From Bradymonadia bacterium (GTDB lineage: Bacteria; Myxococcota_A; Bradymonadia; UBA7976; UBA1532): a stretch of DNA of 64,000 bases. Shown one piece after another: positions 21,329 through 30,134 of this stretch (positions within the stretch are counted from its first letter, which is position 1; every line of letters begins with the position of its first letter). The position numbers were made by a program, and so were the translations under genes. Under the pieces are notes generated by a model. It did no database searches, was not told where the DNA came from, and saw nothing but the letters and a program-made list of their open reading frames with translations. The DNA lies in the NCBI GenBank assembly GCA_046290225.1, contig JBKAGE010000078.1, forward strand, positions 288,001 through 352,000, written 5' to 3'.

Positions 21329-21420
21329 GCAACGAAAAGTGTAAGTGTGATTGCAAAAAGGCCGACTGCTGCGTCAAGAAGACCTGTGCCTGCTGCAAAG
21401 AAAAGTGCTGTTGTCGCTGA
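21325..21420 (+). CDS. Metallothionein-like mini-protein (31 aa, 11 Cys)
   Basis: MSNEKCKCDCKKADCCVKKTCACCKEKCCCR; GGAGG RBS at 21316-21320; ATGA overlap with the ArsR stop; below the ORF-track length cutoff. Confidence 0.85.
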   Translation: MSNEKCKCDCKKADCCVKKTCACCKEKCCCR

Positions 21421-21510
21421 CAGAGAACCCTGTCCACACATCTCCCCTCACTGTCCCGATCCCTTTCGAAGACGTGCGGGCCCGGCTCAGCTACGAACCC
21501 TACCCTGTAC

Positions 21511-22449
21511 TCAGCTGCCCATCCGCGAGAAGAACTGCTCCATGACGGGCTTGGGCTGACGATCCACAGTGAACAGCCCCCAGTGCTTCTCGGGCTCGTT
21601 CGGATCAGGTGAGCCCTTCCACGGCTCGTCGAAGGCCTCGAAGACATAGATGCGCATGCCGCGGGCCTCACCCCATGCGGTGAGCTCGTCGTAGTACCGC
21701 CGTTGATGATCCACGTTGGCGTTGTGGGGCTCGATGCCCCGGCCATTGCTCCGAGTGGCCCAGCCCGCCTCGGTGATGGCGATCTCCACCCCAGGGTGAC
21801 GCTGCTCGATGCGGGTGATGTCATTGATGGTGACTTCCAGCGCCTCGTCGATGCTCTTGTACTCCCAGACTGGGTAGGTGTGCACCGAGATGAAGTCGAG
21901 CTCCGGCACCAGGGCATCGAGCTTGCCCATCCAGGGCACGTGGTTCTCACAGAAGGTCACCGGCAAGCCCGTGTCGGCCTTTGCTCGCCGCACCAGCTCG
22001 ATCATCCGCTCTACAGGTACGAGATGGCCCGTCCAGTCCACGGTGGCTTCGTTGCCCACAGCGATCGAAGTGATGATGTTCGGGTATCGTTGCACGAACT
22101 CTGCGAGCCGGCCGACCTCGGCGTCGTTGTTGCCGACGTTCACAGTGAGCTGGTCGTCGGTGTACCAGGCTCCCCATGGGCACCCCGGGTTGTTGATCTC
22201 CGCGCTGAGCCAGGCGCCGAGCAATACCTTCAGGTCGAGGCCGAGGCGCTGGATGGCAGAGAGGACGAGCTCTGCGTGAGGGCCAGTGTCGTACAGCCGT
22301 ATGTAGCGCCACCGTCGGGCGAGGATGTGCAAATCCTCTTCGATCTGCTCTGGCGACGGGAAGATGCCTGCGTCGGGGCTCTGGCCATCACGATAGCCGG
22401 AGTAACAGATGCCCTGATGGACAAGACGTTCGGGCAACTCAGCGTTCAA
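21511..22449 (-). CDS. GH17 beta-1,3-glucanase/glucosidase
   Basis: ICYSGYRDGQSP, IAVGNE, ITEAGW, FEAFDEPWK and EKHWGLF. Confidence 0.9.
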   Translation of the reverse strand: MNAELPERLVHQGICYSGYRDGQSPDAGIFPSPEQIEEDLHILARRWRYIRLYDTGPHAELVLSAIQRLGLDLKVLLGAWLSAEINNPGCPWGAWYTDDQLTVNVGNNDAEVGRLAEFVQRYPNIITSIAVGNEATVDWTGHLVPVERMIELVRRAKADTGLPVTFCENHVPWMGKLDALVPELDFISVHTYPVWEYKSIDEALEVTINDITRIEQRHPGVEIAITEAGWATRSNGRGIEPHNANVDHQRRYYDELTAWGEARGMRIYVFEAFDEPWKGSPDPNEPEKHWGLFTVDRQPKPVMEQFFSRMGS

Positions 22450-23356
22450 GTTTCAACCCTCCATCGGCATCCCACAAACCCCAAAACGCACCACAGTCCC
22501 CTTCGGGGCCCACTTTCCAGGCCTCGTCATAGGCCGAGAACCAGAACAACGGCAGCTCCTCGTCATCAGTCCACGCCAGGATGTTGAGCAGATACAACGC
22601 CATGTTGCGCAGCGAGGGCTCAGCGGGGCCATTGGCTTCGCCGGCGGTGGGCCACCCGGTCTCGGCGATGACGACGGGCTTGTCCCCCACTGCAGCTTGT
22701 ACGCGACGCACCATCTCCTGGGCGTAATTGACGGATCGCTCCAGGGGGACCTCCTCCCAGAACGGGTAGCAATTCACAGGGATGAAGTCGCAGGCTGCGG
22801 CGATGGCAGGGTGCGCCACGAAGACAAAGTAGGCATCGACATAGCCCACGGGTACCCCAGGTACGGCAGCGCGGACCTCCTCGATCATCTCGATGAGTCG
22901 GGCTTCTTCCATCTCGCCCCGGAGAATGACCTCGTTGCCCACGGCGATGAGATCAGCGTGCCCTGCCCGGGCCACCTCGATGACTGCCTCGATCTCCTTG
23001 CGGTTGCGGGCCTCGTCTTCTCCGATCCACGCGCCGACGAGGGTCTTGAGCCCATGCTGATGTGCCAGGCGCGCGCCGTGCTCGTTGCCATCGAGGCAGG
23101 AGAAAGTCCGGATCCACTTGGTGTAAGGCGCGATCCGCTCGAGGCGCCCCTGGACCTGCGCCTCGGACAACTGACTCAAAGCTTCTGGGGTCTGCTGGCC
23201 TTCGTAGGCGCTGAAGCTCACGCCATGCAGCCCGATGTCGAGGGCCTTGCGCAGCCGCCGCAGCAGCTCGTCGGTGGACAACTCGGTGAAGCTCAGCTCT
23301 GCGGAGGCCTTGAAACCTGCCAGCAGGTCCTTGCCCTTGATGTGCAGCTCGCCCAT
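22439..23356 (-). CDS. GH17 beta-1,3-glucanase/glucosidase
   Basis: WIRTFS, IAVGNE, NCYPFWE, IAETGWPT and FSAYDEAWK. Confidence 0.9.
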   Translation of the reverse strand: MGELHIKGKDLLAGFKASAELSFTELSTDELLRRLRKALDIGLHGVSFSAYEGQQTPEALSQLSEAQVQGRLERIAPYTKWIRTFSCLDGNEHGARLAHQHGLKTLVGAWIGEDEARNRKEIEAVIEVARAGHADLIAVGNEVILRGEMEEARLIEMIEEVRAAVPGVPVGYVDAYFVFVAHPAIAAACDFIPVNCYPFWEEVPLERSVNYAQEMVRRVQAAVGDKPVVIAETGWPTAGEANGPAEPSLRNMALYLLNILAWTDDEELPLFWFSAYDEAWKVGPEGDCGAFWGLWDADGGLKLER

Positions 23357-23383
23357 TGAAACTCCAAAGGTGGCAGATACCGC

Positions 23384-24847
23384 TCAGTCAGTGCCCAGGG
23401 TGAGGGTGAGCAGCGCGGAGGCAGGGCAACGCACCTGTGGCTCGCGCTCACTCCAGGCAATCGAGACGTTGATGGGATGATCGGTTTCGTTGAACAGATG
23501 GACGATCTGAGTGCCGTCGGGGTTGCGCAACGCCACGGCCCAGAGGCCCTCTGGGAGATCCCCCTCGAGCTCGAGCACCACAGCCCCCGGGCGGGTGTGT
23601 CGACTCACCTGCGCGAGGATGTGGAACAACGGGGTGATGTAGATTTCGCCCTCATCGACGAGGATGGGGGCGAGGCAGAAGTTCTCCACGTGGTTGGGCC
23701 CACCGCGGCGGGTCAGAGCGAGGTTCCAATCGATCCAACCTGAGAGCCAATGTGCCAGCCCGCCGACGATGTCTCGCGCGTACCTGAAGGCGGCGGCATA
23801 CGGAGGGTGATCCACTTCGGGACTCGGGGCCCAGTCCCAGCCCCAGTCCGTGGCCACTTTCTGCCAGTACCAGCTGTCGTCCCGCCACCATGGGGTTGCC
23901 GCACCGGGCCCTTTGTCCTCGCCCTTGATGAAGACGTTGTCGATGCACCCCTCGGTCTGAACGATGGGGTGATCGGGCCACGCGGCGTGCACCGCCTCAA
24001 GCTGATCTGCGTACACCCGAAAGGTGGAGTCGTACCAGTGCACGGCGATGCCCGTGGCGTGAGCATGCGCATCTTGATGGTTCAACACACCATCGGCGTA
24101 GGCCTTCACGCCCGCGCGATTCTGATCGTAGATGAGCACATCGAGTTCGAGATCCCGGGCCTCGAGCGCCCTGCCGAGCGCGGCCACGTATTCGGCCTGC
24201 TCGTTGGCGCTCATCTCCATGGATTCCCAGGAGCCGCCGTTGCCGTGGGGCTCGTTCACCGGGGTGAGGCCCCAGATGCTGACGCCCTCTTGCGCCATGG
24301 CCTCGACATATCGAGCGGTGTATCGGGCGAACGTGTCGTAGTGCTCGGGCAGCAGCTTGCCCCCACGTCGCGCTTGGGGATCGAAGTAGCGCCCGTTGTC
24401 CTTCATCCACGGCGGTGCCGTCCAGGGCGAGGCAATCAACCTGAACTGGGCGCCCTTCACTCGGTGAGCATCGAGCAACAGATCGAGGTGACCGTTCTCG
24501 CGATCGACATCGAGAGAGAAGCTCTCCAGCGAGGCATCCGGCTCGGGCACATAGGTGTAGCTGTGGGTGGAGAAGTCACAGCTGGCGATGTGGGTCCGCG
24601 CCATCGAGAAAGCCGCTTCGTCGGATGCGAATGCCATGGCCAGCACCCGGCTGCGGGTTTCTGGAGACAAGGTGGACAGGGACACGGCGGATGCCTGAGT
24701 CAGCGAGCTGCCGATGCCAATGATGGTCTGACGTTCACGATGCGGGTGAACCCTGAGGATGACTTCAGGTGACTCGTGAGGGATGAGATCGCCGATGGGT
24801 ACGACGCGTTGAGCGTCACCTGCGGCGGAGGTCAACGTTGCACGCAT
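23384..24847 (-). CDS. GH30 glycoside hydrolase (glucosylceramidase-like, probable beta-1,6-glucanase)
   Basis: RTHIASCDFS, ASPWTAPPWMK, PVNEP, HWY, QTEGC and WIDWNL..GGPNHV.NFC. Confidence 0.9.
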   Translation of the reverse strand: MRATLTSAAGDAQRVVPIGDLIPHESPEVILRVHPHRERQTIIGIGSSLTQASAVSLSTLSPETRSRVLAMAFASDEAAFSMARTHIASCDFSTHSYTYVPEPDASLESFSLDVDRENGHLDLLLDAHRVKGAQFRLIASPWTAPPWMKDNGRYFDPQARRGGKLLPEHYDTFARYTARYVEAMAQEGVSIWGLTPVNEPHGNGGSWESMEMSANEQAEYVAALGRALEARDLELDVLIYDQNRAGVKAYADGVLNHQDAHAHATGIAVHWYDSTFRVYADQLEAVHAAWPDHPIVQTEGCIDNVFIKGEDKGPGAATPWWRDDSWYWQKVATDWGWDWAPSPEVDHPPYAAAFRYARDIVGGLAHWLSGWIDWNLALTRRGGPNHVENFCLAPILVDEGEIYITPLFHILAQVSRHTRPGAVVLELEGDLPEGLWAVALRNPDGTQIVHLFNETDHPINVSIAWSEREPQVRCPASALLTLTLGTD

Positions 24848-24911
24848 TGTGTGAGACTAGCACATTTATGGGGGTGGCCAAGCGGACGATGATGCATGGA
24901 TCTTGGTGTTG

Positions 24912-25270
24912 TGGTGGTTTCGGGGGTCGCTCCGCTGGCAAGAGAGTTTCGGGCACGGGCACGGGCACGGGCACGGGCACGAGTTGATACATATCTGGAC
25001 CCGTAGCCCTGCATGGCTCCGCTCGTAGGTTGATGGTGGTGGAGGCGCTGCTCGGCCCCGCGTTCTTCTCAGTGGAGGCTCTGAACTCCATATCCCCAAG
25101 ACCTGAACTTTCAGGCCGTTCTCAAGCGTACCTTCTCAGCTTCAATCGCAACCCTCGCCCTGAATTCAGGATGGGCCACGGGTCCAGATATGTATCAACT
25201 CGTGCCCGTGCCCGTGCCCGTGCCCGTGCCCGAAACTCTCTTGCCAGCGGAGCGACCCCCGAAACCACCA
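24912..25270. repeat. 98-bp inverted-repeat (fold-back) element with (GGGCAC)5 in each arm
   Basis: Arms 24912-25009 and 25173-25270 are reverse complements with one mismatch; 163-bp spacer. Confidence 0.95.
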
Positions 25271-25304
25271 TCACGCATCGAACCCGATCCAGAAGACAAG
25301 GCCA

Positions 25305-26120
25305 TCACCGACCGCTCTTTTCTCGACCACAACGTTGCGCGCTGCGCTGCTTCAGCTCGGCATGATTCGGCAGGTACTTGGCATGCCGCACGATGACCTC
25401 GTGACTCAACTGCTCGAAATGAGCCTCGAAGATCGCGGCAGCGAACTCCGGGTGCTTTCTCGACGCATCAGCGAGCACCCAGCCAATCCCAGTCTGCACG
25501 AAGCGCTCTTCTGACGGCAGCAGACGTTGCACGAGATCAGCGATGACGTCGTGGTGCAGCCCCGACTTCCCTGCCTTCTTGAACGCCAGGATGGCGCAGC
25601 GCCTCTGCCAGACGGTCTCTGACTCTGCCCAGCCCACCAACCGGGGAATGAAGTCGGGCGTCTTCAAGGGCACCTCTTCAAGCACCCGCACGCACAGCCA
25701 GTCATTGGTCGACCAGTCGTGAATGTCTCCGGCGCCGAGAGCATCTTCGACCATCCCGAGCATGGCAGCGATCCTGTCCTCAGCGGTGACGTCAGGATCC
25801 TTTCGCTTGAGCCACTGCTTCAACCACAAGATGGCCGTGAGCTTGTCTTCAGCCATGGGCTGGGCAAGCCAATGTCGAATGTGACGCAGTTGCTCGTCAG
25901 CAGGCAGGCGATCTGCACCGCTCTGAGCGAAGACGCTCTTCAATGCAGTCTTCAGCTGAGGCGTCTTCACCCCCCGGTAGGTGATCACGCCTTTCAGGTA
26001 GCGCGTGAACCACTCTGCAGTCTCGGGCGTCGCAGCGGCCTCCAAGACCGACACGAGGATCGAGTGCAGCGCCTCTTCACCCAATGCATCAGAGTTGACC
26101 ACGCCTGTGGACTCGGTCAC
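25305..26120 (-). CDS. DNA alkylation repair protein (AlkD-like HEAT repeat)
   Basis: RYLKG..YRGVKTP, DWSTNDW, WAESETVWQRR and ERFVQTGIGWVL. GTG 26120 overlaps the transporter stop. Confidence 0.82.
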   Translation of the reverse strand: MTESTGVVNSDALGEEALHSILVSVLEAAATPETAEWFTRYLKGVITYRGVKTPQLKTALKSVFAQSGADRLPADEQLRHIRHWLAQPMAEDKLTAILWLKQWLKRKDPDVTAEDRIAAMLGMVEDALGAGDIHDWSTNDWLCVRVLEEVPLKTPDFIPRLVGWAESETVWQRRCAILAFKKAGKSGLHHDVIADLVQRLLPSEERFVQTGIGWVLADASRKHPEFAAAIFEAHFEQLSHEVIVRHAKYLPNHAELKQRSAQRCGREKSGR

Positions 26121-27574
26121 GTGGTGGCCACCTGGGCGGCATCGGCCGGCGTTGCGCCCTCTTCTGAGGTGTCCAGCTGAGCGCGGATCTCGTTCGCCTT
26201 CTCTTCGGTGAGCTTGTAGCCCCACATCACCCAAATGGCGATGAGGGTGCCGAAGATGGGCACCCCGGAGAAGAAGGCTCGCAGCCCAGTCATCGCCTCC
26301 GCGGTCTGGCTGGCGGCGCCGGGCTCGTAGCCTACGAACGACAAGATCAAACCGCTCATCAGGCCCGCCACAGCGAAGCCGAACTTCACCATCCACCAGT
26401 AGATGGCCCCAAAGATGCCTTCCCGGCGCAATCCGGAGTTCAGCTCGTCGAGATCGATGACATCTGCGGTCATGGACATCATCAGGGTGAACAGACCTCC
26501 GATCCCGAAGGAGAAGAACGGGAGGGCGAAGATGAACATGTACGGCTTGCCGGGGATGAACAGGAACCACAACATGATGTAGCCGATGATGGAGATGCCC
26601 TGGGACAACAAGAACGCTCGGCGCTTACCCAGCCTCTTCGACATCAGCGCCACGATGGGGATCACGACGAAGGTGGTGATCAGCGCGCCCACAGAGCCGA
26701 ACAAGGTGGCCCATACGCCCATCTCCCCAGCATCACCGGCGAACAGGTAGTGCAGGATGATGTAGAAGGAGAAGGCCGCCACAGTGTTGAAGGCGTTGAA
26801 CACGAAGAAGGTGGCCACGCACAAGCGACGGAACGGCACCAACTTGAAGGCCTCGCGAAACCCGCTGAAGATGCTGCCGAGGGACTGGCCGATGTTCTTG
26901 ATCTTGAGGGGCGCGTAGTCAGCGTCTTCGGTGGACTCGCTCTTAAGGAAGATGGCCGGTACGAGGGCACACACAGTGCATGCGAGGCCCACCCAGATCG
27001 CCAGCTCGCGCACTGCCGCATCGGGCGATTCGAACCACGCCTCGTCGTACATAACCACCCAGAACCACGGCGCGATCACCCACGCCCACTGCCCGATCCA
27101 CTGAGCCACAGCCATGATGCTGGTGCGCTCGTGGAAGTCGTTGCTCATCTCGTAGCCCATGGCCACGTACGGCACGCTGAAGATGGTGATGCCCAGGTAG
27201 AAGAAGATGGACCACACCAGGAAGTACACGAAGTTGTATTCCAAGCTGTTGTCACGACTGAGCTGCCACATGAACACGAAGGACAACCCAGTGAAGATGC
27301 CGCCGATGAAGACGTACTGTCTCCGCCGACCCCACTTCGACTTCGTGTTGTCCGAAATGAACCCCATCAACGGATCGGAGAGCGCGTCCAAGACTCGAGG
27401 CAAGAAGGCGAGCACCCCGAGCATCCACCCCGGAAACCCGAGGTTCTCGATGAGCACCACCATGAAGATGCCCAGCACGGCGGGGAACATCTGGTTGGCG
27501 AGCATGCCGACGCCAAAGGCGAGCTTCTGGCCGAAGGGGACCTTCTGAGTGGCCTGAGGAGAGTTCGTACTCAC
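26117..27574 (-). CDS. GPH/MFS sugar:cation symporter
   Basis: DALSDPLMGFISDNTKSKWGRRR, PYVAMGYEMS.DFHERT and ADVIDLDEL..G.RREG. Confidence 0.93.
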   Translation of the reverse strand: MSTNSPQATQKVPFGQKLAFGVGMLANQMFPAVLGIFMVVLIENLGFPGWMLGVLAFLPRVLDALSDPLMGFISDNTKSKWGRRRQYVFIGGIFTGLSFVFMWQLSRDNSLEYNFVYFLVWSIFFYLGITIFSVPYVAMGYEMSNDFHERTSIMAVAQWIGQWAWVIAPWFWVVMYDEAWFESPDAAVRELAIWVGLACTVCALVPAIFLKSESTEDADYAPLKIKNIGQSLGSIFSGFREAFKLVPFRRLCVATFFVFNAFNTVAAFSFYIILHYLFAGDAGEMGVWATLFGSVGALITTFVVIPIVALMSKRLGKRRAFLLSQGISIIGYIMLWFLFIPGKPYMFIFALPFFSFGIGGLFTLMMSMTADVIDLDELNSGLRREGIFGAIYWWMVKFGFAVAGLMSGLILSFVGYEPGAASQTAEAMTGLRAFFSGVPIFGTLIAIWVMWGYKLTEEKANEIRAQLDTSEEGATPADAAQVATT

Positions 27575-27696
27575 GGCTTCACACCTGTAATTTCACTGTG
27601 GTGACACTTTGCAGGCAATCAGTGAGCACTGGCAAGCAGTACGGTCGTATCGCGGTCATATCAGAAAAGTGCCATGAACCAGGTTGCAACGGATGC

Positions 27697-28290
27697 TTAT
27701 GACTGAGGCTGCCCGATGGCTCTCGTGGCCACTCGACAGGCAGCTTTCACCTGAGTGGGTGAAGCCTTGGCACGGACCAGGGCAGCCACCCCAATCAGCG
27801 CCATGGTGAAGTAGGCCGCCAGCTCGTCGAGATCCGCGCCCTCCCCCACCTCACCATCACGCTGTGCGTTCCCCAGCGCATGCCTGAAAGCCGCGTTGAG
27901 CCGCTCGAAGTATGCGTTCACGTGACGCTTGACCCCCTCGTCGAGGGGTCCCCGCTCCACAGCGGCGTTGCACAGCAGACACCCGAGACCGCTCATGGGC
28001 CCCTCGCTCGCTCGGCCATACCCTTCGAAGGCGTTATGGATGGCCTCGGCGCCACCATCGGGGGCCTCGAGCCCCGAGAGCACCCGAGAGAGCTGGTTGC
28101 GATCGTAGTACTCGAGGGCCGCCTCGTAGAGGGCCTGCTTCGAGCCGAACTCGGCGTACATGCTTTTGCGATTTACGCCGAGAGCCTCCACGAGCTCTTC
28201 GGTCTTGGCGGCGTCATATCCCTTCCGATGAAAGACGCCCACTGCCCGCTTCAAGAGGTCTTCGCGGTCGTACTGCTTGGGCCTGCCCAT
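27697..28290 (-). CDS. TetR/AcrR regulator
   Basis: MGRPKQYDRE..SMYAEFGSKQALY; GCLLCN. Confidence 0.92.
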   Translation of the reverse strand: MGRPKQYDREDLLKRAVGVFHRKGYDAAKTEELVEALGVNRKSMYAEFGSKQALYEAALEYYDRNQLSRVLSGLEAPDGGAEAIHNAFEGYGRASEGPMSGLGCLLCNAAVERGPLDEGVKRHVNAYFERLNAAFRHALGNAQRDGEVGEGADLDELAAYFTMALIGVAALVRAKASPTQVKAACRVATRAIGQPQS

Positions 28291-28324
28291 GGGCGCTGCT
28301 CACTTTTTCCAAATTTTTGCTTGC

Positions 28325-28375
28325 CCAAAAGTAACCCCTTAGTTACGAACGCCAAAAGCAACCCATCAGTTACTT
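28325..28375. promoter_or_regulatory. Tandem palindromic TetR operators
   Basis: CCAAAAGTAAC-CCCTTA-GTTAC and CCAAAAGCAAC-CCATCA-GTTAC, 27 bp apart, between divergent genes. Confidence 0.75.
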
Positions 28376-28420
28376 ATTCACGACACCGCCTCAAACGAGG
28401 CCCATCAGGAGGATCACGTC

Positions 28421-28789
28421 ATGGCCAGCACTCACATCACAGTCGTTTACAAGTGGACCGCCAAGCCCGGGCAGCTCGATGCGCTGTCGACGATCTACGC
28501 CGGGGTCACTGAAGCCATGCAGCAAAACGAGCCCGGCGCCACCGACGTGCAGGTGTACCGCTCAGAAGAAGAGAACGTGCTCTACGTCCGCGACGAGTTC
28601 GTCGACGCCGACGCCCTGGCGTTTCACCTGACCCAGACCGCCGCGGCGCACTTCGGCGATCTGCTGGCCATCGCCACGCCGGGTTCGTTCTTGTTCTTTG
28701 GTGACGTGCCCGCGGAGCTACAGGCGGCGACGAAGCAGATGGGGCTGGCTTCGGAGTTCGGCACGCGTCTGGGTGGCTTCACGCGCTGA
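28421..28789 (+). CDS. ABM-like dimeric alpha/beta-barrel protein (putative quinol monooxygenase)
   Basis: KPGQ..NEPGA..F.DADALAFHL; AGGAGG RBS. Confidence 0.75.
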   Translation: MASTHITVVYKWTAKPGQLDALSTIYAGVTEAMQQNEPGATDVQVYRSEEENVLYVRDEFVDADALAFHLTQTAAAHFGDLLAIATPGSFLFFGDVPAELQAATKQMGLASEFGTRLGGFTR

Positions 28790-28816
28790 GGTGAGTTGAT
28801 CAGGTGAGTCTGCTAT

Positions 28817-29332
28817 GTGTTGAGCATGCACCCCGGCGATATTGTCTACGGCATCGTGTTCCATGTAACCATCTACCATGTGTACGTGAGACTCACTCGA
28901 ACGCCTGCTCTCATCGGCACCATCCACAACCAAAACATTGGTTGGAGCCGCGATGACCAGTTCGGTGATCTCGACCAGCGCTTCAGCCCTGGAGACTCTG
29001 TAGAAGCGCGGGTACTCAGTATTAGGCGTAGCGGACTCGAAGTCAGCCTCAGCATCAAGACGCTTACCCAAGACCCGTGGTTGACCTATGCCGATGTCCT
29101 GACCATAGGTCACACGCTCCCTGGCCGGGTTGTGTCGATCACCGATGATGGTCTGTTCGTGGAACTCTTCCCCGGAGTCGAGGGGGTCATCTTCTGCCAA
29201 GAGCTGGGATGGACCTCTCGGGAGAGGTGGACCTCAACTCAGAACATCGGCGATGTACTTTGGGTCGAGCTGATTCATGTGGATCTCGAACATCAGAGGC
29301 TTTCACTACGACCAGTGCCCGACGAGAGCTGA
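28817..29332 (+). CDS. Tandem S1-domain RNA-binding protein
   Basis: PGDSVEARVLSI..VSLSIKTLTQDPW..GRVVSITDDGLFVELFPGVEGVI..QRLSL resembles RpsA internal repeats. Confidence 0.8.
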   Translation: MLSMHPGDIVYGIVFHVTIYHVYVRLTRTPALIGTIHNQNIGWSRDDQFGDLDQRFSPGDSVEARVLSIRRSGLEVSLSIKTLTQDPWLTYADVLTIGHTLPGRVVSITDDGLFVELFPGVEGVIFCQELGWTSRERWTSTQNIGDVLWVELIHVDLEHQRLSLRPVPDES

Positions 29333-29557
29333 TTCCATCAGTGCCCTTGATGCCCGGACCATTACGTTGCTTGTGATCAATGTATCGATCGATGCAGGAC
29401 GAACACCCTTCCCACCTGAGGTGTGTCGATTCTGATTCGAACGCGGCTTTGAACGCCTCAATAGGTGGGCAGGTGATGGCATCTGCTTCAGTGATGTCAT
29501 TGCGCTCAGTGTGCCAGACTCTTGATGAGAGCGGCCTCATGGTGCCCTTGAAAGGCA

Positions 29558-29977
29558 CTACCTGAACTCAAAACGGCCACTCAACACTTTCAATGCTGCA
29601 TCAAAGGCCTCCGCCCGAACCAGCATATAGTCCGTGTCGTAGGTCGACATCGCACAGATGCTGATGCCTGCCTCTGCCAGGGGTACCGCGATGGATGCCA
29701 GCACCCCCGTGAGGCCGAAGTCCAGCGGGCCAACAACCCCCAGACATCGCCAGCTCCTCTCGGCCTTCACTTCGTCAGGTACACTCTGCTCAGGCACTAC
29801 GAGAGACAACTCCTCGTGGGTATATGTCAGCGAAGAGAGCGCGCTCGGTCGGAACCAGCTGGGCACCGAATCGCCTGAGGGCAAACGACAAATCGCGAAC
29901 CGCTCCGAGAGCACCCGTAGAGTCAGGCCTTGGAGCTTGTTCTTTTGAGCACCAGCGATTTGAACTCGTGTCATCAT
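29558..29977 (-). CDS. ACT domain protein
   Basis: EELSLVVP, GPLDFGLTGVLAS..PLAEAGISI..STYDTDY.LV; GGAGG before ATG 29977/29974. Confidence 0.88.
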   Translation of the reverse strand: MMTRVQIAGAQKNKLQGLTLRVLSERFAICRLPSGDSVPSWFRPSALSSLTYTHEELSLVVPEQSVPDEVKAERSWRCLGVVGPLDFGLTGVLASIAVPLAEAGISICAMSTYDTDYMLVRAEAFDAALKVLSGRFEFR

Positions 29978-30134
29978 CTGCCTCCGCGATCCTCTTGGTA
30001 TCGGTGATACCACGCGTGAACATGTCCGTTGATGACCCCAAGTGCCTGGCAGCCATGCATGCGCATTGGTTTGGGCAGTGATACAACGCACTTCTCACCT
30101 GAGATGACCTCTCAAACGCTCTGGAGCCTCTTCA

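Noticed and set aside
21347..21559. Track ORFs 21347..21559 and 21351..21545
   Set aside because: They lack an RBS and overlap the better-supported metallothionein-like frame and the GH17 3' end.
24816..25396. Small ORFs with PVPVPV, RARARA or CPCPCP
   Set aside because: These are translations of the (GGGCAC)5 hexamer in the inverted-repeat arms, with no coding evidence. The CPCPCP frame is not a second metallothionein.
25305..26570. 421-aa ORF as given in the track
   Set aside because: The first 150 codons overlap the transporter; the plausible start is GTG 26120.
29187..29558. 123-aa minus-strand ORF
   Set aside because: It overlaps the S1 gene, has no motif and shows weak codon bias.
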